From assembly GCA_951406725.2 (NCBI GenBank), contig OX597820.1, positions 13,392,001-13,456,000 of the forward strand: 64,000 nucleotides of DNA. Direction: 5' to 3'. Source of the stretch: Octopus vulgaris. Taxonomy: Eukaryota. Positions within the stretch are counted from its first letter, which is position 1. The number at the start of each line of letters is the position of its first letter. The notes beneath the pieces were generated by a model. That model saw nothing but the letters and a program-made list of their open reading frames with translations, had not been told where the DNA came from and did not search any database. Of this stretch, positions 1 through 11,890 are shown piece by piece. The position numbers and the translations under genes were made by a program.

Positions 1-59
1 AGACTTTTGTCAGGCCTTGGTTCATATTTCTTTCTCAGTGATACTTTAAAAATGTTTAT

Positions 60-240
60 CTTTTACTTGTTTCGGTCATTGGACTGAGGCCATACAAGGG
101 CACCACCTCGCGGGAGCTTTAGTCGAAGGAATCGACACCAGTATTCCATCGGGCCCTTATGCCGAACAGCTAAATTAGGGGACAAAAAAATACACCATCA
201 CTTGTTGTCGAGTGGTAGTAGGCGGTCAAACACAGACACT
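60..240 (-). mobile_element. Degenerate 3' half of SINE family A
   Basis: Diverged reverse-complement match to the family-A tail (tgactgaaacaagtaaaa, ggggtcgattc-like segment, cttagcggttcggc-like segment) seen intact at 8585-9026. Confidence 0.6.
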
Positions 241-260
241 CACACACACACACTCACAGA

Positions 261-297
<37 letters not shown>

Positions 298-304
298 GCA
301 TGTA

Positions 305-468
305 TATTTTTTCGTTCTCTCTCTATTTATCTCCTCTTATTTCTTTCTGTTGAAGAGCATAGGCTCGAAACGTAAAAGACTTTCTCATTTTACCCGAGCG
401 TCAAATTAATACACCTTCTTGTTGTTCATACACCAGTCTTCGTCTTTGTTTTTCCATAAATTTGAACT
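305..468 (+). mobile_element. Short Penelope-like (pLTR-type) fragment between microsatellites, with hammerhead motif
   Basis: Flanked by CA/TA repeats. Contains TCTTT-CTGTTGA-A-GAGC-atag-GCTC-GAAA-CGTA-AAAGA (342-379). A second copy lies on the minus strand at 20698-20830. Confidence 0.6.
342..379 (+). ncRNA. Minimal type I hammerhead ribozyme-like motif with variant core CUGUUGA
   Basis: Stem I TCTTT/AAAGA, stem II GAGC/GCTC, GAAA, palindromic ACGT as stem III, and a GUA cleavage triplet. Position 6 is U instead of the canonical A. Confidence 0.5.
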
Positions 469-882
469 ATATATATATATATATATATATATACATACAA
501 ACATACATACATACATACATACATACATACATACATACATACATACATACATACATACATTCATACATACATACAAACATACATATGCGTGATGTGTGTG
601 TATGTGTGCGTGAGTGTGTATGAGTGAGTGTAAGTCGTCTAAGTTTCCATAAGTCAGTAAAAAGTGTACTCGTATATCTGTTAAAAGAGGGGGTATGTCA
701 TACGAAATGTACAGTATTATATATCCACTAGGGCCAACCTTTCCAATCGGTTTCGCGTTAGGGATTCAAAGGAGGGTTAGGTAGCAATACGATTGTGGAT
801 TGTTTAACCCTGCGCAAGTCCTGATGAGCGGAGGGTTACTGAGCACTTCGGATAATACATATATACATACATATATATATGT

Positions 883-978
<96 letters not shown>

Positions 979-1011
979 AAGTGGAGTTGTAGGGTACCGC
1001 ACGAGTGGAAT

Positions 1012-1254
1012 TATATACGAAAGAAGGTTTGAAACTGCAATTTTAAAAGATGATTATTTACTTTACCGGTTTCACTCTTTGGAAAAAGATTGTCAAAAGT
1101 AACATGTAGAAGTTTGGTTGCCTTAATTATTGTAACAACCAATAATTAACGCAACCAAACTTCTACGTGTTACTTTTGACAATCTTTTTCCAAAGTGTGA
1201 AACCGGTAAAGTAAATAAACATCTTTTAAATTTGCATTTTCAAACCTTCTTTCG

Positions 1255-1260
<6 letters not shown>
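1012..1260. repeat. Long near-perfect inverted repeat (~120-bp arms, 7-nt loop), Penelope-like inverted pLTR
   Basis: 1012-1132 is the reverse complement of 1140-1260 with only scattered mismatches. It sits between (TA)n tracts and each arm carries a hammerhead-like motif. Confidence 0.85.
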
Positions 1261-1294
<34 letters not shown>

Positions 1295-1299
<5 letters not shown>

Positions 1300-1453
1300 C
1301 AGGTTTCTTTCAGTTTCCGCCCACCAAGTCCACTCACAACGCTTTGGGTATAGCTGTAAACATTTGCCCAAAGTGCCACGCAGTGGGATTGAACCCAGAA
1401 CCCAGAACCATGTGGTAGGGAAATAAGCTCCTTACCACACAGCCATGCTCGCG
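1295..1453 (-). mobile_element. SINE family A, 5' part (tRNA-derived head plus CORE-like segment)
   Basis: Reverse complement reads gcatggctgtgtggtaag...ggttcaatcccactgcgtggcactttgggcaaatg, with A-box and B-box-like motifs. Confidence 0.75.
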
Positions 1454-1829
1454 TCTAACTACTCGGGTGGTTGAAAAAAAATTGATAATGTGTATCACAC
1501 GTGATCCATGTACACTAAGGAATACATGTCCTATGTATTTCATGGATTATATAAGGCAGGCAAATTGCTTTTCACACCTTTATAAAATCCAGGCTATTTT
1601 TTCAGCCCCAGATCAACACTACGAGCAGCTCAGTGTTCAAAGAGGTTTTAGGCACAACTCTCTAATCTTACGCTTTTAAGATATTACTTATCTAAGGCTA
1701 CATAACACAATGTAGTTAAACCTTGAGGTTCGATTAAAACTAAGATTTGACTGCTATTTTTAGCAAACTGAAGGAACACTTTTATAGGGCGCCATAGAAA
1801 TTCGTTTCAATTCAGGTAGTCTGCTTATA

Positions 1830-1969
1830 CGGGGTGTTCAAAAAGTCTCTTCGCAGTAAGTTTTTTATTGCCAAATAAATATTTATAAGATGGTATAAGA
1901 CTTCAAAAGAATATATTAGACTTCAGAGGATGAAAGAATTCACTGCGGATAGACTTTTTGAACAGCCTG
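1830..1969. mobile_element. Tc1/mariner-type MITE
   Basis: ~28-bp terminal inverted repeats: cggggtgttcaaaaagtctcttcgcagt versus caggctgttcaaaaagtctatccgcagt (reverse complement of right end). TA on both flanks (1828-1829 and 1970-1971). Confidence 0.75.
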
Positions 1970-2684
1970 TATAATACACCGATATGTATGAATGAGCGTG
2001 CGTGTCCTGAGTTTTATGTGTGCGTCTACGTGTGTATGTGCGTGTACATTCGTATCTGCGTGCGCGTATTGTGTGTACTCGCGTGTAATTGTACGACACG
2101 GAACATGCACATCTATGCCAACGAATGGTTGTTATTGAAAGAACGTTACTAAACGTCATAAGGTAAAGAGAAAGCAGCTCACATACCTTGTAATTAAGTA
2201 TACGTAACCGACTGTAACGTATACAAATTGCCGTCGGTGTCAACAATATAATGTTTACACAACGCAAATATTTTAACTCTTCCAACAGACATCTATGACG
2301 TCATTGAACTAATCAGAGTGAAATCAGCTAAACAATACGGCATTATCTTCTCAAAAATATTTAAGCTATAGGTGCAGCACCTTGGGCAAACGTCTCCTAT
2401 TATGGCCACGGGCTGTGAATAGATTTCGTGGGCGGAAACTGAAAGAAACCGATTGTGTGTCTGTCTGTTTGTGAGTATGTACGGGCGTGACTTGGTGGAT
2501 GTGTTTGTCTCACGTCGCCACTTGGTACTGGTATTGGTTTGTTTACTGCTATGTTACGTCTCCGTAACTTAGTAGTTCGGCAAAAGAAACCGATAAAATG
2601 AATGCCAGGCTTAAAATAAAAATGCTGGAGTCTATTATTTTATCTAGCTAAATCTTTCACAGCCGTGTCCCAGCATTTCCACGG

Positions 2685-2985
2685 AACAACCTGTACGAGT
2701 AATTAACGTGAAAGTGGCTGAGCACTCCACAGACCCTTAACGTAGTTCTCCGGGAGATTCAGTGCGACACAGAGTGTGTGACAAGGCTGGCCTTTTGAAA
2801 TAGAAGTACAACAGAAAACAAGAAGAAAGAATGAGAGAAATTTGTGGTGAAAGAGTACAGCCGGAGCCTCGTGGAGACATAGGTGTTTTCGCTCAATAAA
2901 CACTCACAACGCCCGGTCTGGGAATCGAAAACGCGATGCTACGACCGCGAGTCCGCTGCCCTAACCACTGGGCCATTGCACCTCC
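2685..2985 (-). mobile_element. SINE family C (tRNA-derived head)
   Basis: Reverse complement reads ggaggtgcaatggcccagtggttagggcagcggactcgcggtcg...tttcgattccc. Matches the copy at 12276-12655. Confidence 0.8.
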
Positions 2986-3226
2986 ACCATAATTACATAC
3001 ATATATAACGGGACAAAATATAAACAAGCAGTCAACAAGTATCAGATCAATATGTAACATATTTTATATTTATATATCCTTTTTAAGGAAATGCAAATAT
3101 ATATAAAACAATATATATTTAACAAAATACCAGGGACAGTCTCACGTATGCATACATATAAATAAACAAACATACATACAGTTACACAAATGCATACATA
3201 CATGCATACACAAACATATATATATA

Positions 3227-3549
<323 letters not shown>

Positions 3550-3561
3550 ATATATATATAA

Positions 3562-3881
3562 AAAGTAAAGTAAGTAAAGACCCCCTTCGGTCATGAATGA
3601 CCATGGGATTGCACCTAGAAAGTTACCCTCCTAGACACAAGTCCGGGCAAGGTTGTTTATGGAAGACCAGCAGTCGCCCATGCATACCAGCCTCCCCTCT
3701 CCACGCCACCAGTGTTATCCAAAGGAAAGACAAAGGTCGATACAGCTTGGCACCAGTGACGTCGCAACTCATTTCTACAGCTGAGTGAACTGGAGCAACG
3801 TGAAGTAAAGTGCCTTGCTCAAGAACACAACACGCAGCCCGGTCCGGGATTCGAGCTCACAACCTCACGATCGTAAGCTCG

Positions 3882-3883
<2 letters not shown>
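3562..3883 (-). mobile_element. SINE family D (tRNA head, CORE-like centre, LINE-derived tail ending in (TTTAC)n)
   Basis: Minus strand shows a B-box-like gagctcgaatcccgg, then cttgagcaaggcactttacttcacgttgctccagttcactcagctgtagaaatgagt, then a tail ending gtctttacttactttac. Degenerate relatives at ~4505-4745, ~25890-26290 and ~37285-37495. Confidence 0.7.
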
Positions 3884-3936
<53 letters not shown>

Positions 3937-4287
3937 TAAATACATGATGGAAATCATACTCCAGATCTCATCACAAATATCTGAGATTTCCTGTCATGTG
4001 ACTGATCTATAGGCATTCTTTTAGTCGGTTTGAAGTTCGTTAGTTTGTCAGGATAAACAAAGATAAACGAAAACGTCAGCCATTTTTTTTTCATATATGT
4101 TTTTCACGTTTGTTTAACCCACTTTTCCAGCCTAACCTCTCGGTGGCTGAAACAATCTCAGTTGACATATACGCTATTAACAAGAAACCTTATGTATTGA
4201 TAGTGACATTTTGACAGTAATTTACCTTATGAATATTTATTATTTACACCTGTCTATTGCTGGGTTCTATTTTCTCATTTTGTTGCC

Positions 4288-4331
<44 letters not shown>

Positions 4332-5021
4332 CGTGTTATTGCGGGTGTAAGTTTGTTAATGCGTGCGTGTGTAAATATATATATAGCTGTGTAGTTAAGA
4401 CGTTCACCTTGCAGCCACGTAGACAGGTAGCTTCGAGTTCAGCCCCGCTGTACGGCACATTTCTTCAATAGATCCGAGCTGACCAATGCCTTGTGAGTGG
4501 ATGTGCAGGCACGTGGTTTAGTGGTTAGGATGTTGAACTCAAGATCGTAAGATTATGGTTTCAAATCCTAGACCGGGCAACGTGTTGTGCTCAAGCAAGA
4601 CACTTAATTTCCCTCACATGGTAAAAATGAGCAACGCTTCGACAGACTGGCGTCCCATCCAGGTAGGGAGTGTATGCACAAAGAAACTTGGAAACTGGCA
4701 TTCATAAGTCGGTATGACTCGAGAAAATGAATTTACCTTTACCTCTTGTGAGTGGATATGGTAGTCGAAAAGTGAGTAGAAGCCCTTCATGTGTGTGTGT
4801 CTCTGTGTGTGTGTAAATACCCTCGTCACCGTTTCAGAACAGTTGGTTCTGTATGGCTACGTAACTTAGCAGTTAGGCCAAGGAGATTGACAGATCTAAT
4901 ACAGGACTTAAAATAAACACTGGGTTAGTTTTTTGGAGTTTTTTTCCGACTAAATCCTTCAAGACGGGGCCCAGCGTGACCGGAATCTGATCAAAAGGAA
5001 ATAAAAGATAAAAGATATATA

Positions 5022-5167
5022 CGCGGGAGTGGCTATGTGGTAAGAGACTTGCTAACCAACCACATGATTCCGGGTTCAGTTCCACTGCGTGGCACCTAGG
5101 GCAAGTGTCTTCTACTATAGCTTCGGGCAGACCAAAGACTTAAACTGAAAGAAGCCCGTCGTATATG

Positions 5168-5200
<33 letters not shown>

Positions 5201-5236
5201 ATGTGTGTGTGTGTGTATGTGTGTGTGTGTGTGTGC

Positions 5237-5303
<67 letters not shown>

Positions 5304-5495
5304 TGTTTGTCCCCTCACCATCGCTCGACAACCGATGCTGGTGTGTTTACGTCCCCGTAACGTAGCGGTTCGGCAAAAGAGACCGAAAGAATATGCACTA
5401 GGCTTACAAAGAATAAGTCCTGGGGTCGATTTATTCGACTAAAGGCGGTGCTCCAGCATGGCCGCAGTCAAATGTGTGAAGCCTGTAAAAGAATG
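5022..5495 (+). mobile_element. SINE family A, full length with internal (TA)/(TG) microsatellite
   Basis: Head gcgggagtggctatgtggtaag...ggttcagttcc, then cctagggcaagtg, internal microsatellite, and tail ggcggtgctccagcatggccgcagtcaaatg. Confidence 0.85.
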
Positions 5496-5807
5496 CATAT
5501 ATAGGCTTCACCTACCACATTTAGTAGCGGTGAATACTTCTTGGTCAAGATAGCAACGATTATTAACGGTAGCAAGCCTGCCTCACGCAAAACACTTTAT
5601 TCGTTCAGTTTGCTGATTCTTTCAGTTTTACTTCGCAAAGGCAGAAGATGGGAGTCCTCATGAAACTGCATCGACCATGATGCTAGGTTGTATATCAAAC
5701 AGTGTGCAGTCGCTGCAGTTGAAACACGTGGACGACCGGGAAAAACACTGCAGCTAACTGTTAAATAAAACTATGGATGTGAAAAGTCTCCGTTATCCTT
5801 ATTATTA

Positions 5808-5863
<56 letters not shown>

Positions 5864-5866
5864 TAT

Positions 5867-5949
<83 letters not shown>

Positions 5950-6014
5950 TAGATATATAGATATATAGATATATATGCATGTATATATATATATACTCTT
6001 TTTTTCTTTTTTAC

Positions 6015-6215
6015 TATTTTTACATGTTTCAGTCATTTGACTGCGACCATGCTGGAGCAACGCCTTTAGTCGAGCAAATCGACCCCGGGACTTATTCTTT
6101 GTAAGCCCAGTACTTATTCTATCAGTCTCTTTTGCCGAACCACCAAGTGACGGGGACGTAAACACACCAGCATCGGTTGTCAAGCAATGGTAGGGGGACA
6201 AACACAGACACACAA

Positions 6216-6272
<57 letters not shown>

Positions 6273-6320
6273 TATGACAGACTTCTTTCAGTTTCCGTCT
6301 ACCAAATCCACTCACAAGGC
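6015..6320 (-). mobile_element. SINE family A, 5'-truncated
   Basis: Reverse-complement match to the 3' two-thirds of family A. Confidence 0.85.
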
Positions 6321-6381
6321 ATTATATAAATAATAAAATTTATAATATTTATAATAAAATATAATAAAATATATAAAAAAT

Positions 6382-6541
6382 GCACAGGTGTGACTGTGTG
6401 GTATGTAGTTTGCTTATCAACCACATGGTTCTGGATTCAGTCCTACCGCGTGGCACCTCGGGCAAGTGTCTCCTGCTATAGCCTCGGGCCGACCAAAGCC
6501 TTGTGAGTGGATTTGGTAGCCGAAAACTGAAAGAAGTCAGT

Positions 6542-6577
<36 letters not shown>

Positions 6578-6762
6578 AACATTGCTTGACAACTGATGTT
6601 GGTGTGTTTACATCTCTGTAACTTAGCAGTTCGGCAAAAGAGACCGATAGAATAAGTACTAGGCTTACAAAGAATAAGTCCTGGGGTCGATTCGTTCGAC
6701 TAAAGGCGAAACTCCGGCTGGCCGCAGTCAAGTGACTGAAACTAGTAAAAGAATAAAAGAAT
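6382..6762 (+). mobile_element. SINE family A, full length
   Basis: Same head, microsatellite and tail organisation as 8585-9026. Confidence 0.85.
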
Positions 6763-6802
6763 ATACAAATTATAAAAATAATTCTAAAAAATATATATAT
6801 AT

Positions 6803-6890
6803 ACAGTACAATACTGTTTCCCCTTCGCGGATTTTCATCTATCGCGGGAGGTTTTGGAACGTGACATCTGCGATAGTCGAGAGATTGAGA
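6803..6890. mobile_element. Possible decayed pogo/Tigger-like MITE remnant
   Basis: ta-cagt start, tcgcggattttc and ggaacgtgacatctgcgatagtcgagag resemble pogo-type MITE ends. Resemblance is from memory only. Confidence 0.3.
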
Positions 6891-7244
6891 GATATAGTTT
6901 GTGTTTTGCTCGTCTATGTCTGTCCGTGATGTACGAAGGTTACATTACTCTCATTTGTTGTAGTAAGACGCACGATCTACGTTAAGGAAATAAGTCTGGG
7001 TTTCATATTTAATATTGTGAGTTGAAAAACTTCGATTAACCGTGACTGAATGTACCAAAATTCGCAGCAAGCGTATTTGGAATCGAAAAACAACAGACAA
7101 ACGGGAAACTGTAAGAGTGCGTCACATTTAGTAGTATGTCACGTGTGCGTGACATACATTCGTGTTGTTAGAAAGTCCGGCACGTGATTTCTGAAGAATA
7201 TGGTTTATATGATTAGAGATGTGTGTTTTGTGTGCTTCTCAATC

Positions 7245-7700
7245 ACTCCCCCTCCTCCTCCTTCTTCTTCTGTTTCCTCAATCTCCTTTTTCTTCTTCTC
7301 CTTCGCCTTCTCTGTCTTCTTCTCCTTCGCCTTCTCTGTCTTCTTCTTCACCACCTTCTCCTTTTTCTTCTTTTTCCTCTCCTACTTCTCCCCCTTCTTT
7401 GATTTTTCCCTCTTTTTCTCCTCCTCTATGTCGTCCACTTCACCCTCTTTTTCTTCCTCCTCCTTTTCTTCTTTCTCCTTTTCCTTCTTCGTCTTATCCT
7501 CCTACTCATCTACTCCTTTTCCTTTTTTATTTCTCCTCTTCTTCCACCTTTTCTTCACCTTTTGCCTCCTCCTTCTTTTCTTTCTACCCCGCCTTCTTCT
7601 CTGTCTTCTCTTCCTCTACTTCTTTTCCCCCATTTTTCCTCCTCCTCTTCCTTCTCTTCTCTTTTCTTCTCTCTCTCTCACCTCTCCTAACTCCTTCTTA
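7245..7700. repeat. Polypyrimidine (CTT/CCT-rich) low-complexity tract
   Basis: Almost exclusively C/T on the plus strand. Confidence 0.9.
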
Positions 7701-8584
7701 ATCAGTCGTTATGTACCACGAGCAAGGTCACAGGGTTCTCTTCACAGCGTCTCTTCCGCCAGAAATAGGGAACGACTGATTCAAAGCTCCATCTCTGTCA
7801 AACTTCGTCACGTTCAATCCGATTAAAAATAACGATAACGATGTGCGTGACTTCGGAATATTCAACCATTTATACGCTAACGCAATTAATTTGCTTGTTC
7901 AGATGATCGACAAACGGATTTCCCAATCAGAAATTCCATACGATGTCCACTTATAACACATTCCCTACACACACACAGACCCCTACACACACTCTCTTCC
8001 TTACACAAAGCCCATACACACACTTCCACACACACACACACACCTACGCACACACATACTCTCCCCTACACACAAACACATACAGACTCCCATGCACACA
8101 CACACACTCCCCCTATACATATATACGAGCACACACACACACATACACACACAGCTGTCTACAGCTGTCTTCTTGTCTCCAGGCTGTCAAATTGTCTTTT
8201 GCTTCATGGTGAGACGATATTAGGGAAATTCTTGATTTTGTCAAGTCTATTTGCCAACACAATGGTGGCAGTCCTATGCAGGATCACGTTACTGCTTTTT
8301 AGCTTCAGAAAAACATCTTTTCCAGCTGGCTACCGACACACAGTCTGTGTCTGTATACTGTGAGGAACGGAGTCTATTGCTCCGTTTCTCACCTTAGCGA
8401 TACTTGTAGCCCAAATGTTTCTGGGTAATTTCCCTTCCTCGCTACAGGACAATCACCAGCTAGAGATGGCAACCACTCGACCTTGCCCACAGTATACACT
8501 TTTGAAGCGGCGCAAAGTCGCTGATCTCGTAAAGAGATAAACAACTAGTTTTAAACTGTACCAATGTTACTACTTTTTAAACAT

Positions 8585-8762
8585 AGGCACAGGAGTGGCT
8601 GTGTGGTAAGTAATTTGCTTACCAACCACATGGTTCCGGGTTCAGTCCTACTGCGTGGCACCTTGGGCAAGTGTCTTCTACTATAGCCTCGGCCCGCCCA
8701 CTCCTTTGTGAGTGCATTTGGTAGACGGAAATTGAAAGAAGCCCGTCGTATATACGTATATT

Positions 8763-8822
<60 letters not shown>

Positions 8823-9026
8823 TGTGTCTGTGTTTGTCCCTCCAGGCATCGCTTGACAACCGATGCTGCTGTGTTTACATCCCGGAACTTAGCGATTCGG
8901 TAAAACAGACCGATAGAATAAGTACTAGGCTTACAAAGAATAAGTCCTGGTGTCGATTTGCTCGACTAAAGGCGGTGCTCCAGCATGGCCGTGATTAAAT
9001 GACTGAAGTAAAAGAGTAAAAGAGAG
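8585..9026 (+). mobile_element. SINE family A, full length (reference copy)
   Basis: A box tggctgtgtgg, B-box-like ggttcagtcc, CORE-like ccttgggcaagt, internal (TG)n, tail ending gtaaaagagtaaaagag. Confidence 0.9.
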
Positions 9027-9316
9027 TATCTCTTCCAGCTGGCTAACGACACATGGTCTGTGTCCGTATACTGTGATTTTGTATTCTTGAGATTATTTCC
9101 CCTTCTCGTTTGATGTCGGTAACAATTGCCACCAAATGATTGTTCTACCATTTTTCTGAAAGCGGCGGCAATTTCGATTAATCAATATTTTATTATATTT
9201 ATTATTTAGTACGCCCTTGTTTGTCTTTGATGCTCTGATACACGCCACAAGCCACTCTCTTTTATTTCTCTTCGGTCAGTTTCGTTAAATACATATGTAT
9301 ATATTTATATATATAT

Positions 9317-9363
<47 letters not shown>

Positions 9364-9445
9364 GAGAGATACATAGAGAGATATAGACAGATAGAGATGT
9401 ATGTATTTATATATATTATATGTATATGTATATATATACATGTGA

Positions 9446-9497
<52 letters not shown>

Positions 9498-9589
9498 AGA
9501 GAGAGAGAGAGATGGATAGATAGACAGACAGACAGAAACGTAACCATACAGACAGACTAAAAGACAGGCAGACAGGCAGAAAGATAGAC

Positions 9590-9653
<64 letters not shown>

Positions 9654-9717
9654 GTAGTTATATGCATATATAAACATATATCTATACAGCTTATATAGAT
9701 GAACATATCCATATCTG

Positions 9718-9767
<50 letters not shown>

Positions 9768-9903
9768 TGTCTGTGCATGTGTGTGCGTATATGTATATAT
9801 ATATGCACGCACACACATATGTATATATATTATGCGTATAAATGGGGTAAAAATAAAGCTCTTTCAACTCTTATTTTAAACCATCTTTATATCAATTTAT
9901 CCC

Positions 9904-9964
<61 letters not shown>

Positions 9965-10057
9965 AAGTTTCAACTCAGAGCTGCGGCCATGCTAATGCAC
10001 CGCCGTTTTGCGCTACACTGTTATAACTAGGAGCCTCCTCTAATATGTGGCACTTGA

Positions 10058-10108
<51 letters not shown>

Positions 10109-10761
10109 GCGAATATTCTTAGAAATATCACCACCAGTGGCCTAGCATGTATAAAAAGTCAATAGACAACATATTCTCAATATAAAATAGTGTACACTTA
10201 AACACAAGAGAAAACTGCTTTTAGCAGGCAATTTTTACACGCTAGAAGAAGCAGTCAAAGCGACCAAAACCACATTTAATACCAATTTTCGAAGGGAATG
10301 AAAATAAAAAACTTTTACCTTGTTATTTTTTTGCGGTCATACCTAGGTTATATATACACATAGGTACATATATATATATACACACATAGGTACATACATA
10401 TTTCTGTGTGTATAAATATATTTATACATAAATACACATACACACATACATACATACGCGCATAATGCACACATAATGCTTATACATAGCTGAGGTGATA
10501 GAATGTTAATTAGTTTTCTTCTTCCTCGCGGTAGCATAACATTTATTCCACAGGTTGAACTGTTTCACCTCTCTTCCTTAATGCGAAACATTCATAAACA
10601 AGTGATTAGTACATCGCATCTATTTACGTCCTCTCTCGTAATTAGGGCGTTACCGTTATCAATACGTACAATGAAAACCGCGTACCACACATGCGCAACC
10701 CTTCTTCCGTCTTACCGCCACACTGTCTTGCAATATACAACTTATTGCTTCTCTCAGATTT

Positions 10762-11040
10762 GTTGTTGTTGTTGTTTTTTCCTTCTCGAGCCATGCTTGG
10801 CTCATAAGGGCCGTTTTCCCGGGTTCCTTGGCGTATAGGTTCCCCACCTGGACGGGACGTCGGTCCGTCGCAGGTTAGCTACTAAATGCAGGAGGAAAAG
10901 GTGAGAGAAAGTTGTGGCGAAAGAGTCAGCCGAAGTTCGCCATTACCTTCTGCCAGGACCGCGTGGAGCTTAGGTGTTTCGAACCCGCGATCCCACGACC
11001 GCGAGTCCGCTGCTCTAACCACTTAGCCATGTGTCTCCAC
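10762..11040 (-). mobile_element. SINE family C, alternative-tail variant (C')
   Basis: Same head as family C. Tail reads cccgtccaggtggggaacctatacgccaagg...ggctcgagaagg(aac)n. Homologues at 34302, 35604 and 55880. Confidence 0.8.
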
Positions 11041-11120
11041 CCTCTCATAGTAGTTACAATTATATGTCTAGTATAATATAGTTGATGTTACCATCATTAA
11101 TATTAGTTTAGTAAGAAGAC

Positions 11121-11875
11121 CGCGAGCTGGCAGAATCGTGACGCCGGCGAAATGCTTAGCGGTATTTCGTCAGCCGCTGCGTTGTGAGTTCAAATTCCGC
11201 CGAGGTTGACTTTGCCTTTCATCCTTTCGGGGTCGATTAAATAAGTATCAGTTACCCACTGGGGTCGATATAGTCGACTTATTCCGTTTGTCTGTCCTTG
11301 TCTGTCCTCTCTGTGTTTAGCCCCTTATGGGTAGTAAAGAAATAGGTATTTCGTCTGCCGCTACGTTCTGAGTTCAAATTCCGCAGAGGTCGAGTTTGCT
11401 TTCATCCTTTCGTGGTCGATAAATTAAGTACCAGTTACGCACTGGGGTTGATGTAATCGACTTAATCCGTCTGTCTGTCCTTCTTTGTATCCTCTGTGTT
11501 TAGCCCCTTGTGGGTAGTAAAGAAATAGGTATTTCGTCTGCCACTACGTTCTGAGTTCAAACTCCGCCGAGGTCAACCCTTGCCTTTCATCCTTTCGGGG
11601 TCAATAAATTAATTACCAGTTACGCACTGGGGTTGATGTAATCGACTTAATCCGTTTGTCTGTCCTTGTTTGTCCCCTCTGTGTTTAGCCGCTTGTGGGT
11701 AGTAAAGAAATAGGTATTTCGTCTGTCTTTACGTTCTGAGTTCAAATTCCGCCGAGGTCGAGTTTGCTTTCATCCTTTCGGGGTCGATAAATTAAGTACT
11801 AGTTGAGTACTGGGGTCAATCTAGTCGACTGACCCCCTCCCCAAAAACTTCGGGCCTTGTGCCTAGAGTAGAATT
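11121..11875 (+). mobile_element. SINE-B nested array: one head, three ~185-bp B2 units, then the remainder of a B1 element
   Basis: Units join as ...gtaaagaaata|ggtatttcgtctg. The final unit ends in the B1 tail ggccttgtgcctagagtagaa. Flanking direct repeat aatattagttta at 11099-11110 and 11877-11888. Confidence 0.85.
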
Positions 11876-11890
11876 GAATATTAGTTTATT

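Noticed and set aside
740-855. Hammerhead halves (CTGATGA on plus at ~821; GAAACCGATT on minus at ~746-755)
   Set aside because: The two halves lie on opposite strands and cannot form one ribozyme as assembled. At most a rearranged Penelope remnant.
8290-8520. Similarity with 9030-9170 (ccagctggcta.cgacaca..gtctgtgtc.gtatactgtga)
   Set aside because: Probably two fragments of an old interspersed repeat, too decayed to classify or bound.
10100-10345. Possible further Penelope-like fragment (tagaagaagcagtcaaagcgacc)
   Set aside because: The core motifs are too degenerate and there is no second copy in the window.
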